DNA of 64,000 nucleotides from a virus: the IMG/VR virus record IMGVR_UViG_3300045988_132810, positions 64,001-128,000 of that record; one strand, 5' to 3'. The position numbers and the translations under genes were made by a program. This document shows, piece after piece, positions 1-11,430 of the stretch (the first letter of the stretch is position 1; each line of letters begins with the position of its first letter). The notes below the pieces were generated by a model that was given only the letters and a program-made list of their open reading frames with translations, did no database searches and was not told the origin of the DNA.

Positions 1-3000
1 GTTTGAGTGCTGTTCGACTAAACCAACAATATTCTCAAAGTCATCCGCAATATCATTTAGCTGTTCAAGACGTTTAGCGGAAATTTCAGCAATAGATTCT
101 AGATAGCTATTCTCTGCATCTTCTGCTTTTGTAGACCATGTACGATATTCTTCAATGGCATCAGCAATTTCGCCTTCGCTTTCCCCGATAAAGTCTTTAA
201 TTGCGATAGCGCCGTTCTTTGCCATTTCTTGATACTCGGCGGGAACTTTAGACAGTAGCTCCGTTGCCTTCTGGTTGTAAAGCTCTGCTGCAGCAAAATA
301 TGTAGATGCTTTCTGTTTTTCTGCTCCGACTAAGTCATCATATAAGCTGTTCTTATCTCCAATTTGAGAAGTATCGTCAAGGAAATTCTCAATTCTATTG
401 GTCATATGAGTAATTGCCTTCTCGATTTCTTCAAGCTTATATTCAATAAAGTCAATGGTTTGCTCTGCATCATCGGCTGCGTCAGATACATCACTTGCCG
501 CATCAGATAGGTCACTAGCAGCATCACTTAAGTCCCAACCCATTTGAGACCAGTCTTTGTCACTGCCATCTCCCCACGCAGCATTCGCTCCAGTGTCAGT
601 TTTCTTTGTATAAGTACCATAATTCCAGTGAGCATTGCCTTTAGCAAACGACAAGCCGCCAGTGTATGTCCCACGAGACGTGTACCCATTCTTTAATAAC
701 TCTTCTGTCTGCTTGTGGTTATAGATTATTGCACCCTTCGGCAAATCAAGCATTTCCGTGCCATGTTCTCCAACAGTATAATAAACGCCCTTGTTTGCGT
801 CTACTACTAGTTCACGACCAAGCTCGCCTACAATGGCATTGTGCTCATTTGCTTTTAATCCGGGCTTCTTGCCTGAATGCGCATTGCCTTTTGCCAAAGC
901 ATTTCCAAGCGCACTAGACGCACCGTCAGGATTATAGCCACTTCCGCTTTTTGCATCTTCACGACCTTGTGTAAATTTACTCTTCAGGTTGTTCCAAAAA
1001 TTTCTCGCTTGTGTACTAATCCAAGAAGAAACCGATTCCCAAAGACCATTAATGGCACTAGGAACAGTTTCTGTGAAGAATGTAGAAATGCCAGTTTTAA
1101 TATTTTCTAAAGTAGTAGGTACTGTTTCTGTAAGAAATGTCCCGACTCCTTCCCAAAATTCATTCCATTTTGTCGGAAGCGTTGCTGTAAAGAATTCTAA
1201 AATCTTTTCTCCCGCTGTGACCAACGCTGGGCCAATCACTTCATCAACATAAGTGCCGACACTCTCCCAGAAAGAATGCCATTTTTCAGGAACTGTCTCG
1301 GTAAAGAATCCATACACGCTATCCCACGCCGCGCTTAAGGCTGGCGCGATTGTGCCATCAATATATTGGCCAACGCTAGTCCAAAATTCACTCCATTTTG
1401 TAGGAATTGTTGTCGTGAAGAACTCAACAACTTTATCTTTCAAAGCAATAGCGTCTTCTTTTAAATTGTTTAATTCTTCGCCAACACCATCCCAAAATTC
1501 ATCCCATTTTTCTGGAATAGTTTCTGTAAAGAATGTAACTACCGCATCTTTAAGATCGCTTGCCCATTGTTTTACTTTGTCGAAATCTTCACTAACATTA
1601 TCCCAAAACTCTCCCCATTTCTCAGGGACAGTCTCTGTAAAGAATTCTTCCACTTTCGCAGATATATATCCAACTGCGTAAGGGATGTCGCCAAGGAATT
1701 CCCCAACACTTCCCCAAAACTCGTTCCATTTTTCTGGAATCGTTTCGGTAAAGAATGTATTAACGCCTTCTTCTACATTAGCAGCCCAATCTTTTACTCC
1801 GTCAAGACATTCGCCAACACCGTTCCAGAACTCATCCCATTTTTGAGGCAATGTGTCTGTGAAAAATGTATTTATGTCTTCCCATAGTCCTTGCGCCCAT
1901 TCTTCTGCACCAGATAATTTGTCTCCAATACCGCTCCACAAATTGTCCCATACAGTTGGCAATGTTTCTGTAAAGAAAGTAGATATGCCACTCCAAATAT
2001 TGTTGGCGAATTGCTGTACCTCAACAACCACCTCGTCCACTAATGCGTTCCAACCTGCAATTACTTGATCAGGGCTTTGTGCTTCAAATCCCGTAACGTT
2101 GGAAGTAGAAGTTGTGCTTGCACTTTTTTCAGTACTCGTCGAAGTTGTACCAGAGCTTGTTTTTGTTGTATCAGTTGTTTTAGTATCTTGCTTCTTGTTT
2201 TTGTCTGGAGATTGAATGGCATCCAAAATGTTGTCAAGGACTTCTTTGACCTGAGTTATTCCATCAGTTATTGGGTCAACTTCTTGATTAGTTAACACCT
2301 CAAGTTGTTGTTCGTCATTTTTTAAATCAACATATTCTTGAATCTTCTGTTGCTGATCTTCGTCTAATTCAAGCGTTGCCGGGATCTTCCAAACGCCATC
2401 TTTATCTTGCTCTAGCTTTGGAACTACCTCAGTAACTAGAGTTGCATTTTCTTCTTTCCACTGATCAATTTTAGATTGGACATCAGTCAATACAACCTGA
2501 AAATCCATTACGGTTGGCTGTTCTAGACCATATTTAATTTTTAAAGCTTCTGCTAACTGCTCTTTTGCTTTTTCGAGCTCATCCGTCTTTATTTGGATCT
2601 CTTCATCCGAAGCTCCAGCATCTTTTAACTCTTGTAATTCTCTTGTAAGTGTTGATACATTTTCTTTTGCAGTATCAACGGTATTGTTTGCATCGATCCA
2701 AGCTTTTGTATTGTCAACAATTGCCTGCTGCGCATTATTCAACGAATCTGTAGCGCCATCAATTTCTTGCTGAATCGCATTATATTCTTCTGCATTTTCG
2801 CCAAGTGGATCTTTACCAGCCTTGAAAAACTCTTCTTGCTTCGCAAGTGCCTTGTCCAAAGAGTCGGTAGTATCTCTAAGTTTTTTGTCAAGTTCTGTCA
2901 TAGTTAGGTCAGAAACGATATCTCCCCAACTTGCATCATATTTTGACAGCTCTGTCAACATTGCAATAGTTGCGGCCTTTGTTAATCCCATTGCATTTGC

Positions 3001-5850
3001 AAGGTCGTCAACGCTCTTTATACTACTATCAAGAGTAAATGTGCCGTCCGCATTTTCAATAAAAGCACTAGCTTCTTTCGCGTCGGCAATAAATGCTTCT
3101 ATGTTCTTTAAGCCTATTGAAAAATTTCCATCATCATCAATAGTGAAATAGTCTGCAAACTTTGAGTTTTCAAAATAATCATCAATGGCGTCAAGACGTT
3201 CTTCAAAAGTTTTACAGTTTGCAATGACGCTCGGAGGAACTAATGCCTCACATGCCGCCTTAAATGCTTCCGTCCCAACTTTGCCACTCAACAATCCGTC
3301 GCTAATGGTCTCAAGCATTTCAACCATTGAGTCGCCATACGCCATTTCTGAATCTCTGTTTTTGGCATCTTCAAATTCATCATATGCATTGGTAACATCT
3401 GATAATTTCAACTCTAAAATTGAATATTCTTTAACTGCATTCTTGAGTGCTTGTATCTGACTACGCAGCGCGCTAATATTATCATAAGTTGCTTTTGTAA
3501 CATATCCATACGCCTTGTAATCCGCATACATTGCCTTAACAGCCTGTTGTAGTTGTTTTACAACTTTTGTATACTGCGACTGACTTTGTGCTTTCGCCGC
3601 ACTTACTGTTGCCTTTTGTTCTTTTTTCTTCTGTGCAATTAATGCTCTTAATAGACGTGTATTCTTAACGACCTTGCCATTCGTAGTATCAATTGCGTCA
3701 CCGAAGCTCTCTTCGCCAACAGTTACATCTCCAAGATACTCTTGGAGTGCAGTATAATAATCGTCAGAAATCGCTTGCCCGTCAAATGTTATGTCATTAA
3801 CTGTCTGTAACACTGACGCATACGAATCATAAGCAGAAGTAAGGCTTGCTATGTCGCTAACAGCCACAGAAGTGGCTTCACTAGTCTGTTGCATAGCACC
3901 GCTAATGTTCAAGAAATATCTTGCAACATCTTCTGCACTAATTCCAAGAGAGTCTAATTGTACTTTAAACTGTGGATTTTCAGCAATTAAGCTCTCAACC
4001 TCTCCAGTGACTCCTTCAATAGCAGATTCGTAATCTCCGAATTTATCAACGTCAACATTGATCTCTCCAGATTCAATTTTCGCGTTAAATGCTTCTTGGA
4101 ATGCTTGTCCTGCCTCAGAACCACGCTCGCCGAATAAGCGGTCAAGAGCAGACTCTTTTGCTCCAGCAGAACCAAACATGATTTCTGCTCGATCATTGTA
4201 ATTTTGCATCGAACTAAGAAGACCATTTACTGCCTTTTGTGCCTCTGTTAAATTGTCACCATCAAACCATTCCAAGTCGCTGACGCCATATTCTTCTTCT
4301 TTGCCTTTCATAAACTCGTCCCAATTGGACTGTGCGTCGGCATAATCTTCTTGCGCAGACTCTAAATTCTTTTCTAGCTTTTGGAACTTTTTGCTATTGG
4401 TGTCCATACCAGAGTCTAAGACATCCTGTACTTCTGCTTCCGCTTTGTCTAGTTTATCTTTGGCGTTCTTTACTTTACCTAATTCGTCTTCGAAATTGTT
4501 TGTTAAATCAGCCTCGCCAGCCGCTCGCGGCTTAAAATCTTGATCTGTATCTAATGCGCCCTTTACAGCCTCTGCTTGCTTGTTTTTCGCACGCTCTTCT
4601 CTTGCTTCTTCTAACCGAATCTGACGTTCAAGCTCGGCATTTTGCTCTTTTAATTTGTCAAGCTCTTCTTGCTCTGTAAGAGTTAATGGACCTTTAGATT
4701 CGAGCTCTTCTATACGATTCTTTGTAGTTTCTAATTCGGAGTTGAGAGACTCTATATTCGAACGAATATTGTCTAGTTCCTCACTAGTGTCTTTAAGTTC
4801 TTCTACGTAATCTTTATGAGACTTAGTTAATGCACAAATAGTCACAGTCAACGCAGCAATTGCAGCAACGGCCAAAATCGCCCAGCCAACAGGATTTGTT
4901 ACGAGCCAAGCTGCCGCAGTCGCCACTGCCTCCCAGATGCTTGCGGCCAATGCTTTAAAAGACACTATCAGTCCAGTATTCGCAGTAGTTAGCCCCATGG
5001 CAGCAATAATTGCTTCAGCGTCCGCACCAACAATTCCTTGCGTTGCAAGTGCTTCTCTAATCTTCGCTGCAGTATTTAAGTTCGTTGCAACAGTTTCTTC
5101 TCCTGCTTTACCAGTTAGGATTGTCCTTATAGCGGCTTCTTTTGTTGCATCACCAATTTTAGTCGAATTTAAAATCGCTTCTTTTACTTTTGCTCCATTT
5201 AGCGCTTCTATCGCTGCAGTTTCTCCTGCGTATGTGGCTATGTTGCTCTTGATTGCATTAGTTAACTTTGACCATAGGTCTGGCAAGAAAAACTTGCCGA
5301 GTTGGATACCAGCAATTGTAATAAGTGCGCTTTGCAACACGCCAACTTTGTCTATGATATTTACTAATCCAGTGCCAACATCCACAAGGAATTTAACAGC
5401 ATCAGACCTTATAAAATTCATCCACATTGTTTGGACTGCATTTGTAAACTGATCAATCTTTCCTTGAATACTATCCAAGTATTTTTCATTTTCGGCCATT
5501 GCACTGCCAGCAGAATCTGCAGATGTTTGCATCGCATCTTCTACTAAGTCAAAATTCTTAATAACGGCGGATAAAACATTTGCTTGTCTTTTCCCGCCTA
5601 GCAATTCTAGTGCGGCTGCTCGATTTACGTCCGTCATGTCGTCCCATACTTGAGACATTTCACGTAAAATTTCTGTAGTGTTCTTGAATGTATTCTCATC
5701 GAGCATAATGTCAACTTTACCGCCTGTTAAAGCTAACAATTTTTTCTGCAGTTCTGAGACGCTATTGGCCATGCCATCAACGTCCTCACCTGCATCTTCT
5801 AATTCTACCTTGGCTCCGCGAATACGAAGCGATAAGGTTTTCATTGCTGT
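1..5850 (-). CDS. Tail tape measure protein, exon 2 (3' partial; frame still open at base 1, at least 1950 codons)
   Basis: Hand translation of the minus frame from 5850 to base 1 shows no stop: TAMKTLSLRIRGAKVELEDAGEDVDGMANSVSELQKKLLALTGGKVDIMLDENTF...AAALELLGGKRQANVLSAVIKNF... This resumes the TP901-type TMP core (PhageMin_Tail PF10145 / TIGR01760 pattern vG.alKtlslRlRg) exactly where the upstream ORF is cut. It is missing from the ORF track only because it has no stop inside the window. Further in there is a hydrophobic segment (AAWLVTNPVGWAILAVAAIAALTVTIC), coiled coils, nine W/F repeats, and a NAIVGELGRELVV...LPKGAIIYNHKQTEELL motif typical of Firmicute-phage TMPs. Confidence 0.85.
970..1980 (-). 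repeat. Nine in-frame tandem repeats (37-38 aa) FFTEThPxKWxEFWxxVGE inside TMP exon 2
   Basis: The FFT codons start at 1977, 1866, 1755, 1644, 1533, 1422, 1308, 1194 and 1080, giving periods of 111 nt five times and 114 nt three times. The antisense ORFs in the track show the same periodicity (SQNSxHFxGxVSVKN). Trp/Phe-periodic repeats are a known TMP feature. Confidence 0.9.
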
Positions 5851-6163
5851 CGATCTATTACTTTCCCACGAAAACCAAATGGTACTGACCGATTATGTAA
5901 TCGGCGGCAAGGTCTTTCGGCCTTGCTCTACGATTTTATTTTTAGATTATTGTCGTAGTCTAGACTGGATCTTCACCCTCATTCCCGTCATTATACGGAG
6001 TAGGGGAACAGCGGAACCTGTTATGTTACCATAAAAGGTCTTACAGTCGTTACGGATACTTTGCACACTGCAAAGTCTTTCCTCGGTCTTGACCATCTCT
6101 GGCTTTTAACCGATATAGCTGTTTTCTTTCAATATATTACTATATTGTTAGGCTATTATGTTA
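5851..6163 (-). ncRNA. ORF-less group I intron (313 nt) interrupting the tape measure gene
   Basis: The upstream ORF ends ...LITAANSVVQNPESVG followed by TAA (6163..6161), in the middle of the conserved TMP core. The core resumes in frame at 5850 (TAMKTLSLRIRG). P1 helix: exon UAGGU (6168..6164) pairs with intron GCCUA (6153..6149), placing a U.G wobble at the 5' splice site. The last intron nucleotide is G (5851). Structured elements include CUUUGCA-GUG-UGCAAAG, GCAAGG..GAAA..CCUUGC, and CUACGA...UCGUAG. It shares conserved blocks with the second intron at 28644..28916. Confidence 0.8.
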
Positions 6164-9100
6164 ACCTACAGATTCTGGATTTTGCACAACGCTATTGGCG
6201 GCTGTAATTAACCCAATAGACTCATCAAGTGTATTGCCAGCCTCTGCCATAGCACTAGCAGAACGCAATAGCGCTTGTCCAATACCTGATGAACTGATTG
6301 CAAAGTGGTTTCCCACCTCGTTGAATTTATCTACGATTCCCATAGCATGAGACGCTTCAATACCAAATCCGTGCATTGTAGAAATGATACTGTCAGAAGC
6401 CTCACCAATATCGGCTAGGTCATCACCAACGTTATAATAAACGGAAGCGGCCTTTGCCAAGTCAGATGCTTGTTCAATGTTATATCCTAACCTTGCGAAA
6501 TCTGCTGTAGCATTAGTAAAATCTTTAACGGTAGAGCCGATCTGCCCAGCAGTTTTAGACGCATCTTGTAAGAATCTCTTATAACTTTCATCAGTTTCGT
6601 CAGTAACTTTTTTCAGTTCAGTTAACGCTGCGTCAATTTCTCTTACATATGTAATACCTTGCTTAATTTGAGCAACAGTTTTATACACCATATTTGCGCC
6701 AGTAAAGTATGTAAGAATTTCACCAGACTTTTTCTTAACATTGCTAAAGAAAGAGCCAAGCGTACTACTTGCTTTGCCCATATTCTTAGCGGAAGCATTA
6801 ATAGCATTTCCCGCTTGATTAAACGATGCAGTTAGTTTTTCTACTTCGCCATTGCCATTCTTTATTGTAAAAGTAACCTTGGAATAGTTGTCAGCGAACT
6901 GAATAGATTTTTTATCTAACCCATCAAAAGAATTAGCAAATGCTTCTAATTCACTTCTTCTGCTTGCTTCGTCGCCAATATCAAAGCCATCAGAGACTGC
7001 ACGAGTGATATTACCAACTTTGTTTTTCATCTCTTCGGACTTCTTAATGATATTTTCAATTGCTTTGCCATATTTATTAAATGACTCAACTGCACTATCA
7101 AACTCTGCGGCCTTTTGCTTACCCAAATCCGAAGTGATGTCTATGTTTGCAAGCTCTTTTTGAAGTGTAATTATTCTTTGATATGCTTGCTCGTATTGCT
7201 GTAATTGAGTAGTAACCCCGGAGGCATTGGCATAGCCTTTGCTATTAACGCTATTAATTAACCCAGTATGCTTTGTTTCGACTTGTCCGACAACATCTGC
7301 CCCATACAAAGTATTGTTTTGCTTTGCTGAGTCCTTCTTTACCTTTGCGTACTGTTCAAAATCGCTCATGAGCTGCTTTGTCGCAGCACTCAACCTTTGC
7401 ATGTCATCTTCTGACACTTTACCAAAGGCTTCTTCGGACTTTGTTAGATCTTGTATCTCCTTTGATAGAGTTTCATATCTACTCTTTAACTGGCCAAGAT
7501 CACTATCTTTATCTACGAAGACTTCCGTATCAATTTTCCTAAAAGCAGAAGATAGCTTTTGATTTGCATCTATTAATGTTTTATAATTGTCTAGTTCTTT
7601 ATAGCTGTCGTTAGAACTTTTAGAACTACTAGAATGAGAAGTTATCCCTTTTCTTGTGCCCTTGCTGGAATCAGCTTCATTTCCAAGTGATTCAGCAGTT
7701 TTATCCGCGCTATCTTTTACATTTTGGTTTGCATTAGCAAAATCATTTTTCGCTTGAGTGGCTGACGCGAAAGCCTCGCTCGCTTCTCTCGCCTTTTCTA
7801 TTTCTTTTTCTATAGCAACCGCAGAAGCTTCCGCACTTTCCTTAACTCGTGCATTAGCTTCAACAAACTGATTTTTTTGTTCCGTCGCCGCCGCAAATGA
7901 TTCCTGTACACCACTAACGCTGGCTACTTCGGGAGCAGTCGTTGCAGGATCTCCTGTATTTTGACCATTAGCAATCTCACCAGTTGCTGTCTTCGAAACC
8001 TTTGACGCATCGCTCTGATTTTGTTTTTCTTTTTCTTTTGTAATTTGCTGTTGCGTTTCCAATTGTTGCTTTGCTTCTTCATTTTGTTGTTTCTCTACTG
8101 CCAACTCTTGCTCTGCCGCATCGGTGCCTTTTTGCTTTGCTTCTGTCGCACTACCTAATTGTACTTTTGCTTCAGCAAGCTTGGTTTTTAATTCATCAAT
8201 TACAGAAGACAAATTTTCAATTTTTGCTCTATATTCATCTACGACATCATTTGAAGTCATATTATCGACTTCGCTCATCGGGACAGAATTATCTAGAGCA
8301 TTTTGGATGTCGTAATAACTATTCTTCCACGAATCTAAAGCACCTTCCATACGAAGGATTTCTTCTTCCAATTCTTGTACTTGTTTTTGTGCCGCGTCAA
8401 GCTCGGAAGCGTCAACAGGATTTGTCGGAATAGCATTTAATTTTTCTTTAAGAGCGGCAATTTCTTGCATAAGCTCTTTTTCTTTTTCAAGCTGCGCGGT
8501 TTGATTGTCCATTTGATTAGACTGAGTTGAAGGCTGCCCAGACTGAATCTGATTAAGCTTTTCTTGCGCGGTAGTCTCCTCGTTGATAGCCTCAGTAGTT
8601 TTTTGATGTGCTTCTGCTGCTTGCGCTTCGATTTCCTTAATTCTAGCTACGCTTTGATTCCAAGCATTAGTAGAGTCAATTTCTCCACTCTCGAACGAGC
8701 TAAAAATATCTTTAAACTTGTCCCAATCGGCGGTGTGCGATGGATTTAATGTTGCCAATAAACTTTTTAATTTTTCAATTGGTGCAACAGAATTTTCTCC
8801 ATTCTTTTGTATTTCGGCTAAATAAGATGACAACTCTGGTAGCTGTTCCATTGTATATGTCTTAACAGTCGAAGCTAACCCATTGTCTGTAAACGCCTTA
8901 TCTAGGGCTTGATTGACTTTTTCATTAAACGCAGCAATCAACTGTTCATATGAAATGCCCGCTTGCGCCGCTTTTTCTTCTGCTCCTTTTATTAATCCAA
9001 CTTCTCCGTCATTATATTCCATCAGAGGAAATTCTTTTGTAGCTGCTTTTAAATTTTGAGAGTAAGATTCTCCAATTTTGATGGCCATTTCTTTAGAAAT

Positions 9101-10831
9101 GCCAGTAAAATCAATTGTTTTAACAACGCCATCTGCAATGATACCATTAATTTTTGTGCCTTGGTCATAAAACAACTTGGTAAATGAATTAATATCCGAC
9201 GGCGTAAATGCACTCATTCCATCTGGGTGATTGTGCAAAGACATTACGATATTTTCTTTTAGATTGTTGACAAGTTGTGATACTATTGCGTCTGTATCTA
9301 CCTGAAAATCCTTCCCAGAAAAAGAACTTACCACTTTGTCCGCGCCAAAAAGCGTCATAGACTCTTTTGCGTCGCCGCTACCTTTTGAATAACCAACCTC
9401 TTGCCCCGACGCAACATTTAATAATTCTTGTAGCTCGCCAGTTACACCGCTAACTTCTTTTGCGCTTTTTTGTGCAGCCGTAGGAATTTCAACATTAAGT
9501 AGCTCACAGATTTTAGAAAGTGCTTCGGCTCCGGTAATGTCTCCAAAGTCTAAATCTGAAAAGATCTGTTCAATTGCAGTCCCTGCCTCTTTAGACGCCT
9601 GAGAAACTTCTTTAATTTCATCGACAAGTGCCATTAACTTCTCTTCGTTTTGGGCCCCTTCGTCTGTCCCTGACAATAACGAGACATATTCTTTAACTCT
9701 TTTATTTAACTCATCATATAAAGAAATCTTTTTTTCTTCCGAAGTTCCATTTTCTTTTTCTACAAAATCATCTGGATTTTCAATGTTTTTAAGGTTGTCT
9801 ATTTCTAAATTAATATCTGCAATTTTTTGCTTATACTCGCTCTTTATCTTTTCAAGCGTAGCATTCTGCTTTGCTCTAAACTCTTCTAAAAACTCTTCGG
9901 CCCTATCATATTCTCTAGAATTTGCAGCATATGCCGTAGCGTCATCGCTACCATGCTCGAACACATAATCCATTGTGCTCTTTAACTGGCTTGCTGCCTT
10001 TATTTTTCTTACAAAAGCTTCTTCTTTCCCTGACTTGCCAGTTCTCTCTAATTCCGCAAGTTCTTGCTCTGCTTTTTTAAAATCTTCAACAAGGCCAGCT
10101 AGAACAGTAGTATCATTTTTCTTTGTTGTTTTTACTCTTTTGTCTTTGCCATTAAAAATGTCTAATGCTTCTTGATATCTTGCCTTTTGTTTTTCCAGTT
10201 CATCAATTTGTCGTTGAACTTCTTCGGAAATTTTATTACCTGCATCTTTGATATCGCTAGACACTTCATCCCCAGCAGACTTGATATTATCTCCAACTTT
10301 AGATAAATCAATCTCGCCAAATGCGATATTTAATTTACCATTTAACTCGCTGGCATATTGGATTAATGCATTAAACTGTTCTTCAACACTTTTAGTGTTA
10401 AAAAGGTCTAAGTCAATTTGTTTATCAATGCCAACGTTCTTGAGGATTGTATTTAATTGCTCTGCGTAGCTCAGTAATTCTTTCGTCGCACCTTTGTCTT
10501 TTAAATTAACACCACTAAGCCCAGTAAAAACGTTTTTAGACAACTCTGAAATCTGAGACATCTGTTCAACCATTTTATCAAAAGACTTCATATATCCGCT
10601 ATTAAGCTTATCTCCAAGACCTGCTTTGACGGAATCCAAATCTTTCCTAAGTGCCTTAACAGCATCGTCCATAGCGACAAACTGCTTAATAAAATTATTA
10701 AGATTTCCACGCTTGCCAATGTTTGCTAAAACTCCATCCACCTGTTCAGCTTGAGTCTTACATGCAACAAGGCTACTCATAAGATCATCAATACTATATT
10801 TAATTTTCGAAGTATAACTCGCTTCTGCCAA
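6164..10831 (-). CDS. Tail tape measure protein, exon 1 (about 1556 aa)
   Basis: This is track ORF 6161..10840. The C-terminal 330 aa match the TMP core pattern (TAGQIGSTVKDFTNATADFARLGYNIEQASDLAKAASVYYNVGDDL...FNEVGNHFAISSSGIGQALLRSASAMAEAGNTLDESIGLITAANSVVQNPESVG). The N-terminal part is coiled-coil and low complexity. The likely start is TTG 10831, 8 nt after AGGAGG (10845..10840); the listed GTG at 10840 overlaps the Shine-Dalgarno sequence. The terminal TAA belongs to the intron. Confidence 0.85.
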
Positions 10832-10848
10832 AAGAATCACCTCCTACT

Positions 10849-11406
10849 TTATAAATATACTTTTAGCAATTGAGCTATTGTTTTTTGAAAATTATCTTCA
10901 AAATATCTACTGCCGTAATTGTTAATAAAATCTTTTAAAAATTCGTCTGGAATTTCTTTGCCAACAGTTTCACCATACATATATTCTCCGTCTTTAAAAT
11001 ATGTCCATGGGTGTTCGCCTTGTAAGAAATTCTCGAAGACATAATCGCCTTCAACTTGGCCACCACTTTCCCAAGAACCACCGCCTTGGTGTTTACTTGA
11101 GTTACTATGGTATGCACCTTCCAACGGAGCAGAATTCATATCAATATTTGTTGTTAGAGTAAATGTTCTTCCTCTTTTCTTTAAATCAGAATTTACTTTA
11201 TAAATATCATACAAATTATGTTGTCTCCCATACTTTGTATAAGCTCCATTTTTGTATTCATAATATTTGTCTACTGCCGTTTTTGCTGCGTCATTAAAAT
11301 CTTTTTCTGCTTGCATTCTACATATGTTTCCTGCAATTTCACTAACAGTTTCGACATTATCTATTAGTTTTTGTATAGCATCGCCTAATGTTTTTTCTGC
11401 GGCCAT
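10849..11406 (-). CDS. Hypothetical protein directly upstream of TMP (possible tail assembly chaperone-like)
   Basis: 185-aa ORF, tightly packed 8 nt upstream of the TMP. The assignment rests on position only. Confidence 0.4.
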   Translation of the reverse strand: MAAEKTLGDAIQKLIDNVETVSEIAGNICRMQAEKDFNDAAKTAVDKYYEYKNGAYTKYGRQHNLYDIYKVNSDLKKRGRTFTLTTNIDMNSAPLEGAYHSNSSKHQGGGSWESGGQVEGDYVFENFLQGEHPWTYFKDGEYMYGETVGKEIPDEFLKDFINNYGSRYFEDNFQKTIAQLLKVYL

Positions 11407-11430
11407 ATGCCATCAACTCCTATAAAATAA

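Noticed and set aside
970-1980. CRISPR-like periodic repeats (111-114 nt)
   Set aside because: The repeats are contiguous, in frame and protein-coding (FFTE..KW..FW..VGE). There is no repeat-spacer alternation and no cas genes are present.
666-6034. About 20 plus-strand ORFs of 60-171 aa covering the left 6 kb
   Set aside because: They lie antisense to a single uninterrupted minus-strand frame with clear TMP sequence. Their translations are low-complexity, and some merely echo the periodicity of the sense-strand repeats (SQNSxHFxGxVSVKN). The same applies to the plus-strand ORFs throughout the window.
1-6160. Stop-codon reassignment or an alternative genetic code, as an explanation for the absence of listed minus-strand ORFs here
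   Set aside because: Under the standard code the minus frame is open from 5850 to base 1. The ORF is missing from the track only because it has no stop inside the window. The right-edge GNAT fragment is likewise unlisted.
6161-6163. TAA as the genuine stop of the tape measure gene, with an independent downstream gene starting at ATG 5844
   Set aside because: The stop falls inside the conserved TMP core, and the core motif continues in frame after a structured 313-nt interval with group I splice-site features. No ribosome-binding site precedes ATG 5844; the upstream sequence there is ...AGAUCGACAGCA.
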